Translations under genes and position numbers: made by a program
The notes under the pieces: generated by a model
Database searches by the model: none
Told to the model about the DNA's origin: nothing
The model's input: only the letters and a program-made list of their open reading frames with translations
Shown here: positions 13,178-24,671 of the stretch, in pieces
Position numbering within the stretch: position 1 is the first letter of the stretch
Layout: the number at the start of each line of letters is the position of its first letter
Source of the DNA: Octopus sinensis
Lineage: Eukaryota
Assembly (NCBI RefSeq): GCF_006345805.1
Contig: NC_043010.1
Span: forward strand, 54,932,001-54,996,000
Reading direction: 5' to 3'
Length of the DNA stretch: 64,000 nucleotides

Positions 13178-13320
13178 TATTATTACTATTATTATTATTA
13201 TTATTATTATCATCATCATCATATCATCATCATCATCATCATCATCATCATTATTATTATTATTATCATCATCATCATCATTATTATTATTATTATTATT
13301 ATTATATTATTATTATAAAA
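12806..13320. repeat. Compound triplet microsatellite (GAT)n-(AAT)n-(ACT)n-(AAT)n-(ATT)n-(CAT)n-(ATT)n
   Basis: Visible. Confidence 0.95.
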
Positions 13321-14154
13321 GTAATACGAAAATGTGTTTTGAAATAACAAGAACAAATTTACTACAACAACAACAAACTCAGACGAAAACAATATATGTA
13401 TGTATGTATTTATATATATATTTGTGACTATATACCACGAGCAGAAAGCAATGCATTGTATTTAAGTCGAATGTAATTATTATTATTGACAGTATTTATA
13501 TTAGTAACATGAATAATGATAATAACAGTCGCATTAAAACTAATATTACCATAGAGCGAATAATAACTATATAACGATAATTTAATATACACCATGTATA
13601 CATACAGACCAATGCTAAAAAAGAAACAATAAACATACAGGAATAGAAACAAAGCAATATAAATGAAAAATGTACAAAAATGAAAACCACCAAGAAATAT
13701 TAATCGTAGCGAAGGCCGTGTACGACATTAGAACTTGAGGCTAAATGAAGTTTTGAAAATAAATACACTGCTAGTCAAAAATATATTCTTCATTTAAATA
13801 GACACTGCATTACGTCTCCATTAGAGTAGTAGGCGAGGAATTCTAAAAGCCAATTAAAACATTTAAATAACTTCAGCTGGATTTACAATAATGACAAATA
13901 CAAAAGAGTAAGCGATGAATCATATACATACACATACAAATACTTAAGCAAACAAATAAGTAAAGACTTTTAAAAATATCTGCGTATCAAGCTATGAAAT
14001 AAACAAGTAGTTAAATAAATTCAAACACAATGTATCCGAAAATAACTCCTACCTCCGATGAGGATGATGGCGCCGTTGATGATGATAGTACTAACATTTT
14101 CTTTATATTTTTTTAATATTTGATGATAGTAATAATAACAATGATGGTTTCAAA

Positions 14155-14350
14155 TTTCGGTACAAGGCTAGCAATTTCGCTGAGGGTGTGGTGCGTTGAA
14201 TACATCCATCCTAGTACTCAACTGGTACTTATTTTATGATGAGAGCAAAGTCGACCTCGGCAGAATTTGAACTCAGAAGGTAAAAGCGGAGGAAATATCG
14301 TTAAGTATTTTTGCCCAGCGTGCTAACAATTCTGCCAGCTCGGCGCCTTG
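14155..14350 (-). mobile_element. Older SINE family A copy, alternative tail
   Basis: AAAGTCGACCTCGGCAGAATTTGAACTC and TCTGCCAGCTCGGCGCC on the + strand. Confidence 0.75.
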
Positions 14351-14379
14351 TAATAATACATATTATATGATGATATTGT

Positions 14380-14762
14380 GGAGGCGCAATTGCCCAGTGG
14401 TTAGGGCAGCGGACTCGCGGTCATAGGATCGCGGTTTCGATTCCCAGACCTGACGTTGTGAGTGTTTATTGAGCGAAAACACCTAAAGATCCACGATGCT
14501 CCGGCAGGGGATGGTGGTGATCCCTGCTGTACTCTTTCACCACAACTTTCTCTCACTCTTACTTCCTGTTTCTGTTGTACCTGTATTTCAAAGGGCCGGC
14601 CTTGTCACTCTCTGTGTCACGGTGAATATCCCCGAGAACTACGTTAAGTGTACACGTGTCTGTGGAGTGCTCAGCCACTTACACGTTAATTTCACGAGCA
14701 GGCTGTTCCCTTGATTCGGATCAACCGGAACCCTCGTCGTCGTAACCGACGGAGTGCTTCCA
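14380..14762 (+). mobile_element. Full-length tRNA-derived SINE (OR1/OR2-like, long form)
   Basis: A-box TGCCCAGTGG, B-box GGTTTCGATTCCC; 5' half shared with the 1041 copy, different 3' half. Confidence 0.85.
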
Positions 14763-15030
14763 TATATGATAACAACAATATAATCTTATGTTTTGAACAA
14801 ATTCCCATCAACATAACATCTGGGTTTCTGACAACCTCCTCTTTCTTTTTCAGTCATAATGCTTATGTCGAATGTTATATTTGAGTCCGATCAACGATTT
14901 TCAAAGAAGCCGTCGATCTTACCGCATTGGGGGACCCTATCAGGAATACTAGACTCCGGACTTGTATAGCTCTTCAGATCACTGAACCACGCAAACCCCG
15001 CCACCAACGTTAAGGTGTTAGCCCACATAT

Positions 15031-15420
15031 ACTCTTTTATTCTTTAAATTGTTTCAGTCACTTACCTGCGGCCATGCTAGAGCAGCGACTTTAGTCGAGC
15101 AAATCGACCCCAGGACGTATTCTTTGTAAGCCTAGTATTAATTCTATCGGCCTCTTTTGTCAAAGCGTTAAGTTACGGGGATATAAACACACCAGTATCG
15201 GTTGTCAAGCGATATTGTGGGACAAACACACACACACAAACACACGCAGACATAAATATACATATACATACATATGGCGGGCTTCTTTCCGTTTCCACCT
15301 ACTAAATCCACTCACAAGGCTTTGGACGGCCCGAGGCTATAGCAGAAGACACTTGCCGAAGGTTCCACGCAGTGGGACTGAATCAGGAACCATGTGGTTG
15401 GTTACCACATAGCCTCTCCT

Positions 15421-15425
<5 letters not shown>
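15031..15425 (-). mobile_element. SINE family B (tRNA head, CORE-like CCTTGGGCAAGTG segment, internal TA/TG microsatellite)
   Basis: Colinear with the copies at 16688, 23717, 49879 and 60650. Confidence 0.9.
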
Positions 15426-15475
<50 letters not shown>

Positions 15476-16687
15476 TTTATTTCGTACGTAAATAGACACA
15501 TGCGTGTGTATGTTTATAGAAACAAGTATGTACATGAGAATTTCACAAAAGGTACTCCCTGCACGGTCATACATTGCATATCTGAAAGGTATAAACTAGT
15601 ATATCAAGAAACACAACATAGTGTTCTCACATGGCTGTGTGGTTTTTAAATTTGCTGCAAAGTAGGTGTGCTCCTTTTAAAATAACCAGCGTAGAAGACT
15701 GAGCAGCCTTGTAACGTTTTTAAAATAGAGCCACATGCATTGGTCTTCTAATGCTTTGCAGAAAACTATAAGCATGCGCGCAACGATGTGTGTATCCATT
15801 GCGCGAGAAAGTCCCACGCATATAACCTTCCTGTTTATTCATAGTTTGACTTATTTTAATTAATAAGCGTGCAGGTTTAATATCAAAAATTAATCCTCGG
15901 GTTCACTCAGTGGTAATCAATTTATGCCGAAAATAAGTTTCATTAAAAATTTAACTGAAACTCGTTTCGTTGCCTTCTCAGCGTTATATAAGCTTTTGTA
16001 ATATTTGCAGTTTAGGGTAAATTTAAAATCCTTTTCATATTTGAATTAAAATCAAATGTTCCGAAATAAAACAGATTGTATGCGATTTATTTCTCGTATG
16101 CACACAGGTTTGAAATGCTTTTAGTTAAATGCATGCATCTTCTTTAAAAACAAAAATGTAATATTATGTAATATCAGGTAAGATCATTTGGTTCGTAACT
16201 CGGGTTAAAAGTGGTTTCTATCTTCCGGTAACCATGGCATCAGTAAGAAAAAATAATGCACGCATTGCTTTGTGGTTGTAATCTTTGCAAGAAAGCATGT
16301 CTGCTTGTTTTAGAACACACTATGTTGTCTTCGACTTCCTTCATATCATAGGGAAACATGGACACATACAAATACTTACTCGCACATGCACAGAAGCTCG
16401 CACATTTATATGCTTTTGTATGTTATGCATTTATAGAGAAAATTACCTAGTTTTGAATAAACATTTGAAAACGCGTGATGTTGAAGCAAAAAGTAGCTTT
16501 ACAAAATGGTGTGAACGGAAAATTTGTTCCTTTCTCTGAAGGCAAATGGGTTGGGAACACCGTGTAAATTTGACTGCTAATTCTTGGGTAATATTGTTTG
16601 AAGAATCTTCTCGTTTATAGTAGTTGCAAGTTGTCGTCTTACAGTAAATGCTGGATATATTTGTGTTTTTGTTTTTTGAGGAATGAT

Positions 16688-16929
16688 CTTACTCTTTTAC
16701 TTGTGTCAGAAATTTGACTGAGGCCATGCTAGAGCACCGCCTTTAGCCGAGCAAGTCAACCCTAGCACTTATTCTTTGTAAGCATAGTACTTATTGCATC
16801 AGTCTCTTTTGCCGATCCGCTATGTTACGGGGACGTAAACACACCACCATCGGTTGTCAAGTGATGTTTGGGGTTGTGGTTCAAACACAGACACACAAAC
16901 ACACACAGACACACACACATACACACATA

Positions 16930-16968
<39 letters not shown>

Positions 16969-17130
16969 ACGGGCTTCTTTCAGTTTCCGTCTACCAAGTC
17001 CACTCCCAAGGCTTTGGTCTGCCCGAGGCGATAGTAGAAAACACTTGCCCAAGGTGCCACGCAGCGGGACTGAACCCGCAGCCATGTGGTTAGTAAGCAA
17101 GCTACTTACCACACAGCCACTCATACGCCT
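16688..17130 (-). mobile_element. SINE family B
   Basis: Full head-to-tail match to the other copies. Confidence 0.9.
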
Positions 17131-19462
17131 TGTTTAAGAAATTATGATTTGAAATATTTTCTCGCCTTAGTTAAATCTTATATTCGCACTTTTAATAGCT
17201 TACCATTTACGATACGAATACGTGAAAGAAGATTGATAAAATACGTTTAGCTTACTAACCCAGATTAGCATGATATTTAACAACAAATACGATAAGGAAC
17301 CGACGATATAGCGATTTACCGAATTCACAAAACTAAAACATTTGAAATGTGAAGATGAATAACTAGAGCAACGGCTAATAATTTGTAACGACATGAAATA
17401 CTTTTTCATTGTGGTTCCTTTTAGTATACAGATAAGCTTAAAGGTCTGAATAATGTAAAAAATGAATTGCTCGTTAGAAGAGTATAATATTGAATGAATT
17501 GGATTACAAAGACTGCCCTTTCTTTTCAGAAAGATCACTCTTAAACATTTAATCACATTACCAAAGGGAAAACGAAATATCAGGTATGTAGATTTTATTG
17601 TGGTTCAGTATTTTATATATACATATATTTGAAATTCGGATTAATGTAAGTGTAAATTGCTAAGCTGGTAACTATGGCTATTATCACACGAACTGCATCA
17701 TAAGAAATGCTGCCAAGGCAGGAAGATATTTCTCACACATTTAATATCTTTAATACCGACAAATCGGAAACTGTCTTCAGTATATTTGCATTAGATACAC
17801 TCATGATAGCCAGAAGAGAACAGTAACTTATAGAAGAATTCGGTGTTTTATATTGCACCCCAAATTAAATTGGATGAAATATATTCTCAATAACTCTAAT
17901 CCTTGATCTCATTGAACCTCATTGTGTGCATTAGTTAATTAAGCCGCAATAAATGGACGAAACTTTAGAAACTACAAACTCACTTAAATATAAATAAAGA
18001 TGAACTTCTGATAAAGTCAATTGATTTAGTAAACTTTTGACATTTTGTTGTATTATGAAGAGAAAGGAATGAAATTAGTAGTTGAGTGAAATAACAATAA
18101 CTAGACACTCCTGGCGTAGCGACTATGATTATATATGGCAGGTACGTGACTTGGAGCGAATGTACTCTATGAGAATGCGAATTATTACAACAAATTATTG
18201 CTGAAGATCAAATTGTTATCATAACATATATGGGGTAGCTAATTTTCTGAATTCCAATATTTAGATATTAACAACTGGATAAAATAGTTTCTAATTTCGA
18301 ATACATTTTGATTGTTAGAAAGAAGAGTGCAACGAAAATTCTGCAGGAACATGTTCTACCTCACACTCTCCTCCGAATTCCAAACCCTTCATAAAGGCTA
18401 ATAGTACATCTGACATAGAAATAAATCGATGGGTTTGTTGTAAATTTTGACACAAATTATACAAAACAGTATCGGTAAATCTACCAAAGACACCTTTCCG
18501 AATGTATTCATCAACTACTCACACTTAAAAGTGTGAAAGTTACTAGAAAACTTGATGAACTCACATGCACATTTTCTCCAAAATTTCTTCTAGTTTAGGC
18601 GCCAGGGAGAAAACAGCATAAGCGTCAATCACTCGATGGTTTAATGTAACGGGCAATGATGTATTCGCTCAAAATTATAGAACACATAAAGCAAGTTGCG
18701 TGTCTAGTATTGCGATTGTTTTTATACACGTTTCTCTGACCGTATCGAAACGTACGCTGTTCACCCAGCACAACACACATACACCTTTCACAAGTTGCAA
18801 TTTTATTCCGTTTCTTTCCTGTCCTCTAGCCAAAAAATAGCAGGTATCAATCTCCTGATCTACTTTCTTTTATAGCACGTCAAGTAAAGCACACACATTC
18901 TGTGTATATATTTGTTTATCAAAATCAGCCAAAGTCGATTATGTCTTGAAGGCCATAATATACTACAGCGTATACCTGCATGAACATACGCGTTTGCATT
19001 AGGAAATGTCTTTCTTATTTTGCCAGCAGCCAAATAAGCTCTCTCAACTAAGGAAAACCTAATGTAAGCTTTCAACAACCTGAGGATGGTATCCTTACGC
19101 TCTTATTTATAAAAGGCATCGAGTAAGATTTTTGCTTCAGGAACATAATGTTTCTATATCTTTAAAGTGCAGAGATTTTGTTGAGGTTAAATGAGGACTC
19201 GATACATGGTGGTTAGCAAATGAAATCATATGTATATTCCATTGTTGTTTTTGTTGTAAATAAATGACATGATGCACCGCTAAATTCTAGTGGCTGTCTC
19301 TCCATTGTGAATTAACTTTCAAGCCGGTCTTTAAGAAAGTAATGCAATCAATTTATTCTTTAAGAACACATCAGTCACAATAATTACACTTACACCTATT
19401 AGTGCCAACATTTTAAAGATCCTGATTTTTCATGCAAAGAATATCGAGGTTAGAAATATTTC

Positions 19463-19881
19463 TATTTCTTTACTACCCGCAAAGAGGCTAAACACAGAGG
19501 GTACAAACAAGGACAGCCAAACGGATTAAGTCGATTGTATCGATCCCAGTACCTAACTAGTACTTATTTAATCGACCCCGAAAGGATGAAAGGCAAAGTC
19601 GACCTCGGCGGAATTTGAACTCACAACGTAGCGGCAGAGGAAATACCTATTTCTTTACTAACCACAAGAGGCTAAACACAGAGCGGACAAAGAAGGACAG
19701 ACAAATCGATTAGGTCGATTACATCGACCTCGGTGCGTAACTGGTACATAATTTATCGACGCCGAAAGGATGAAAGGAAAAGTCGATCTCGGCGGAATTT
19801 GAACTAAGAACGTTGCGGCAGACGAAATACTGATAAGCATTTCGCTCGGCATGCTAACGTTTCTGCCATCCCGCCGCCTTA
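19463..19881 (-). mobile_element. SINE family A dimer inside one 16-bp TSD
   Basis: AGGTTAGAAATATTTC at 19447-19462 and 19882-19897. Confidence 0.92.
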
Positions 19882-20269
19882 AGGTTAGAAATATTTCATT
19901 CGCTTTGTATACTTTTAGCGGAGGGTTGCGATTTTCTAGAAATGTTGTTGTTATATAAGATATGTTAAATACATGATGCGTAGGATCTTGTTTTTCATTA
20001 TAAACTACATACACGCATATACACACTAACACACACGCACAGACACACAGACACACACAACTACACACGTACGCATGCACGCACACACACGCACATGCAC
20101 ATAAACACGTACGCATGCACACACACACACACACACGCACATAAAAGGACAATGGAAGGGGTAAGTTGATTACCTGGTCCTCGGTGTTTGACTGCTACTT
20201 ACTTTATCGACAACAAAATGATGGAAAGTAAAGTGAAAAAGCGGAATGAAGAGGAGGGGGAACGGTGTA

Positions 20270-20395
20270 GAAGAAGAAGAAGAAGAAGAAGAAGAAGAAG
20301 AAGAAGAAGAAGAAGAGAAGAAGAAGAGAAGAAGAAGAAGAGAAGAAGAAGAAAAAGAAGAAGAAGAAAAAGAAGAAGAAGAAGAAGAAGAAGAT
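20270..20395. repeat. (GAA)n microsatellite
   Basis: Visible. Confidence 0.95.
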
Positions 20396-20426
20396 AACAT
20401 TGCGTTGAATCCACTTTATCATACAC

Positions 20427-20532
20427 TTCTGGTATCGTAGCACAATCATCAGGTACTGGTCACATGGCATAAACGAAGTTAGTTCAGGACGCCATATGGG
20501 CAGTACCTGATGATTGTGCATCGACACCAGAA
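20427..20532. repeat. 106-bp fold-back hairpin (32-bp outer stem plus ~10-bp inner stem)
   Basis: TTCTGGTATCGTAGCACAATCATCAGGTACTG versus CAGTACCTGATGATTGTGCATCGACACCAGAA, 3 mismatches. Confidence 0.9.
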
Positions 20533-20654
20533 ACACTAAGAATACTGTCTGGTATGTTCTCAGTACCTGAAACTAATAGTCGGACATAATATCATATATC
20601 ATGTTTACTACCAGATGCAGTACGTTTGTTGTTGATCTTACCTCAGGGAATAAT

Positions 20655-20705
<51 letters not shown>

Positions 20706-20709
20706 TATA

Positions 20710-21395
20710 TATGATAGACTCTCCCACCGGTTTCAACGCATCAGGAGTCGACCACCTGCACATTCTTTGTCTAATGTTACATTAGAATCCCGCCAATGAT
20801 TTGCAAAAAAGCCTGCAGATTTGTAAGTACGAAGATTACAGGACAGTGTAAGCGCTATATTTGCAACTCTTTTCCTTCTTTCTCTTGCACCCCTAAGCCT
20901 GTTAATGCTGGTCGAAACAAAGCCTCTTATACCATTTTGACGTGATATTCTCCATTCTCTTCGTTCTAAGGCTGTTTTTATTTTCAAAGATGTTATGAAC
21001 CGTATTGGTTCAGTAGCAATTTTTAATAAACACACACATAGGTACATAAGGATACATGCAACTGTAGCAACAGAAGCAACATGGAACACCATAAAGAGCT
21101 CTGAATTTTTCTCACTTACCTTCGCGGTGATGTGACAAAGGAGAACATTGATAGTGTCAGGGCCAAAGCGAATTTCGCAGCGATTCAAGATAGATATCAT
21201 TTATGACGTGTTTTATGATCCTGTCAAGAATCGGGTGAGCAAGTCTCTTACCCGCAATAGACAGAAGATATATCCCACCGAAATTTTCACAGTATGTTTC
21301 ATGCTCGGATTGTCGTCGATTAAACCGCAACCCCGCCGAACTTGCTTGGTGAGGACGCCGATTAGTGGATGCCTTGGTTGTCAAGCAGCATGATC
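20710..21395 (-). mobile_element. Internally deleted RTE-clade LINE remnant
   Basis: CENFGGIYLLSIAGKRLAHPILDRIIKHVINDIY and KVSEKNSELFMVF (RT N-terminus) joined to ALERREWR...CNLRTYKSAGFFANHWR (RTE C-terminal zinc-finger-like end). Confidence 0.8.
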
Positions 21396-21580
21396 GACCG
21401 CTAGCCACTAAAGCTTTTTCTCCCATTCTCTCTCTGTTTATTTTCTCGTGTTCCTTTCTGATGAAGAGCTTAGGCTCGAAACGTAAAATACTTTCTCACC
21501 TTCTCGAGCGTTAAACTAATACACCTGTTTGTTGTTTATACACATGTCCGCATCTTTAATTTATTTTTGGAAATTCCAGC
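21390..21580 (+). mobile_element. Short PLE-end-like repeat carrying a hammerhead core, ending in (TA)n
   Basis: Homologous copies at 30075, 31501 and 47782 (minus strand). Confidence 0.7.
21454..21489 (+). ncRNA. Minimal type I hammerhead-ribozyme motif (PLE-type)
   Basis: cttt-CTGATGA-A-GAGC(ttag)GCTC-GAAA-CGT-A-aaat; one extra base after the core, 3-bp stem I. Confidence 0.55.
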
Positions 21581-22302
21581 TATATATATATATTTATATA
21601 TATATACATACAGAGAGAGATCACCTTTTACTCGTTTCACCCATTAGACTGTGGTCATACACAGACACATACACACATGCACGTGCATTCACGCACACAT
21701 ACACAAAAGCACACTCACATAAGTGTGTTTATGTATCTTAGCATATTTATATGTGTATGTCTCAAACTTTCAAGTATATCATTCTACCACATTGCACAGA
21801 ATGCAATTAACGACACAAGTTTTGTAAAGTTTAGTATGAACCACATATTCACATATTCCTGGGTGAGCACGAGAGTGCTTGTCTGTGTGTGTGTGTGTGC
21901 ACGCGTATGTATTTGAGCTTGTGTGTTTTTGCATGATACTCAAGTAAATGTTTTCTTTATAGCTACAGTAGCACGTGTCCCTATGAGCATATTTGCGTGT
22001 TTATTTTTAAGTAAGTATATTGCAAAAATGTATAACATGAGAAACAAATTCTTCTTCTAGATAAGTGTTCACAGAATGAATATATTGTGGAATTTGAAGT
22101 GCCTGATATAGAAATATAATTAAATTTAATGCAGTATATAAAGAATATTCAGGTATGTACTTTTCTCAGGAATATTTATAGTCAAGGAAAATATATCATA
22201 ACACATTATGTTTTTATAGACATATATACGTGTATGTATGTATGTATGTATGTATGTATGTATGCATGCACCCATGTATGTGTGTGTGTATGTATGTATG
22301 TG

Positions 22303-22338
<36 letters not shown>

Positions 22339-22414
22339 TGTATATGTGCATATATGTATATATATTTACATACATACATGCATATATGTATAAATATATC
22401 TCTATTTATATCTC

Positions 22415-22447
<33 letters not shown>

Positions 22448-22450
22448 ATA

Positions 22451-22482
<32 letters not shown>

Positions 22483-23379
22483 TAAACGGTAATATTCATA
22501 GTATTTCTCGCCCTTGCCATGAAAAATCAAAGTAACGAATCCAAAGAAAAACATCAACGTCAAATATAAGCAGCATTCATCAAGGTCACAGGCAATCAAA
22601 TGATAGAAAACGATATTATTGGCGAAATATAGTGCTGGAACATAGTTTGCATGTACTATAAAGTTTCTAAAAGTACATATTGAAATGATATCACTGTCTT
22701 AAATAATGGCGTGTATTATGTATATTAAATTATACGATCTATACATGTAATTGAAATTTAGGAATGTCATTTCTCGGTAAACACTTATCTCTACGATATA
22801 AGCATTGTTTGGAGGTTGTAAGACACACACGCTTATATATATATATATATTCAATGAGGATATTATATACTGAATTTATATTGAGTACACAATTTTATTA
22901 AAGTATTAATACTATTAAAGTATTTATGTATTTAATACGAGCGATTATATATATTTTATATAATATATTATTATTAATATCAGGACATCAATATTAGAAC
23001 ATTCTTCAGAATTATATATACGTGTGTAAAATATTTGTTGTATTAAAAATATGTAAAAGTATAAATATATAATAATGACATTTTAAAAGTTTAGAATTAG
23101 GTTTTTAAAGCATATTACAATCGTTTTGCAGAAGTGCTGTCCCTATAATGGGATCCTATATTGATAAGCATTTATAGACAACTCTTCTGCTCTTTAGATA
23201 TATAAAACGTGAAATTTGTATAATTTACTGAATGGTATTTTTTTTTAAATATGAAGTAATATAGGAAAATGGTGTTGGATTGAAATATAAAACAACATTA
23301 AAAATTACTGCTTTCGTTATTAGTAAGTACACCTTAGTATGACAGTCTTTAAATTCCATATAGGCCTCCTAGGTAATTC

Positions 23380-23590
23380 TTTGTGTCTGTGTTTGTTCCC
23401 CACAACCGCTTGAGAACCGCTATTGCTGTGTTTATGTCCTCGTACATTGCTGTTTGGCAAAAGTGCACAATAGAATATTTACCAGGCTTTAGAAAAAATA
23501 ATAAATACTGGAGTGGATTCGTACGACTAGTATTCTTCGGGGCGGCGCTTCAGTATATCCACAATCTAATGACTAAAGCAAGTAAAATAT
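23380..23590 (+). mobile_element. Old 3' half of SINE family B
   Basis: Diverged match to the family B tail. Confidence 0.65.
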
Positions 23591-23716
23591 GACATATAAA
23601 TAATTGAAAATTGTAGAAAAATATTGAATATATGTGTAAGGCTTTGAAATATAGAATCATAAACATCGTAAGAAAAACAATATTATCGAATAAGTACTCT
23701 TAAAAGTAAAATATTA

Positions 23717-23947
23717 CTTACTCTTTACTTTTTACTTGTTTCATTCATGTGACTGAGGCCATGCGGGAGCATCGCCTTTAGTCGAGCGAATCGACCCCAG
23801 GAGGCATTCTTTGTAAGCCTAGTACTTATTCTATCGGTCTCTATTGCCTAACCGCTAGGTTACGGGGACGTAAACACGCCATCATCGGTTGTCAAGCGAT
23901 GTTGGGGGACAAACAGAGACACAAACATATACACACACATACATACC

Positions 23948-23995
<48 letters not shown>

Positions 23996-24208
23996 TATAC
24001 ATATATATATATATACATATATATACATATATACATATACATATATATATATATATACATATATATATACGACGGGCTTCTTTCAGTTTCCGCCTGCCAA
24101 ATCCACTCACGATAGTAGAAAACACCCAAGTTGCCACGCAGTGGGATTGAACCCGGAACCATGTGGTTGGTAAGCAAGGTACTTACCACACAGCCAGTCG
24201 TACGTCTA
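23717..24208 (-). mobile_element. SINE family B
   Basis: Head-to-tail match with expanded internal (TA)n. Confidence 0.9.
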
Positions 24209-24671
24209 TAAGGAAAATTAAAAAGAAATCCGAGAAAACACAAACTCAAAAATAATAAAAATTACACAAAAGAAATAACAAATAAAAGCTGGAGACAGCT
24301 GCTTGAGTGGGGGAAAAATGAGTAAAAAGATTATGATGTCATCGAATTTAGTTTGTTTACAGCCCTGTAAAACTAACCGCTCGGTGAAAAAAAAGGGAGA
24401 TTTGTGACGATTTGTTCGTGCTAAAATCTCTCCAATCGCATTGCCGAAATTGTTGCGGTCCAACGACTGAACAAGTAAAACATAACAGATATGTTCCACG
24501 TGAATATGTGTAACTAAACTGTATGTGCGAATGTGTATGTGAAATGTGTGACTGACCTGCGACGCAACGAAAATAATCACATCATGTATGTCCTAAATTG
24601 TGTCAGATACTTTTTATGGAAGACATAAACAAGATTCTGAAGTAAGACATTTTTGTTTATTTAAATGTCGG

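Noticed and set aside
12700-13740. Minus-strand acceptors followed by ILHFV* (~12790) and SSSNVVHGLRYD* (~13739), suggesting alternative last exons
   Set aside because: Any acceptor gives a short stop-terminated frame; no upstream exon identified
17200-17556. 118-aa minus ORF ending at a strong donor (ATG|GTAAGC)
   Set aside because: Composition reflects AT-rich DNA; no convincing acceptor/frame pair or homology
20733-21200. 155-aa ORF resembling GPCR TM5-ICL3-TM6
   Set aside because: Both halves match RTE LINE motifs (KVSEKNSELFMVF; C-terminal CxxC-like/H end), and the adjacent frame has the RT signature ...YLLSIAGK
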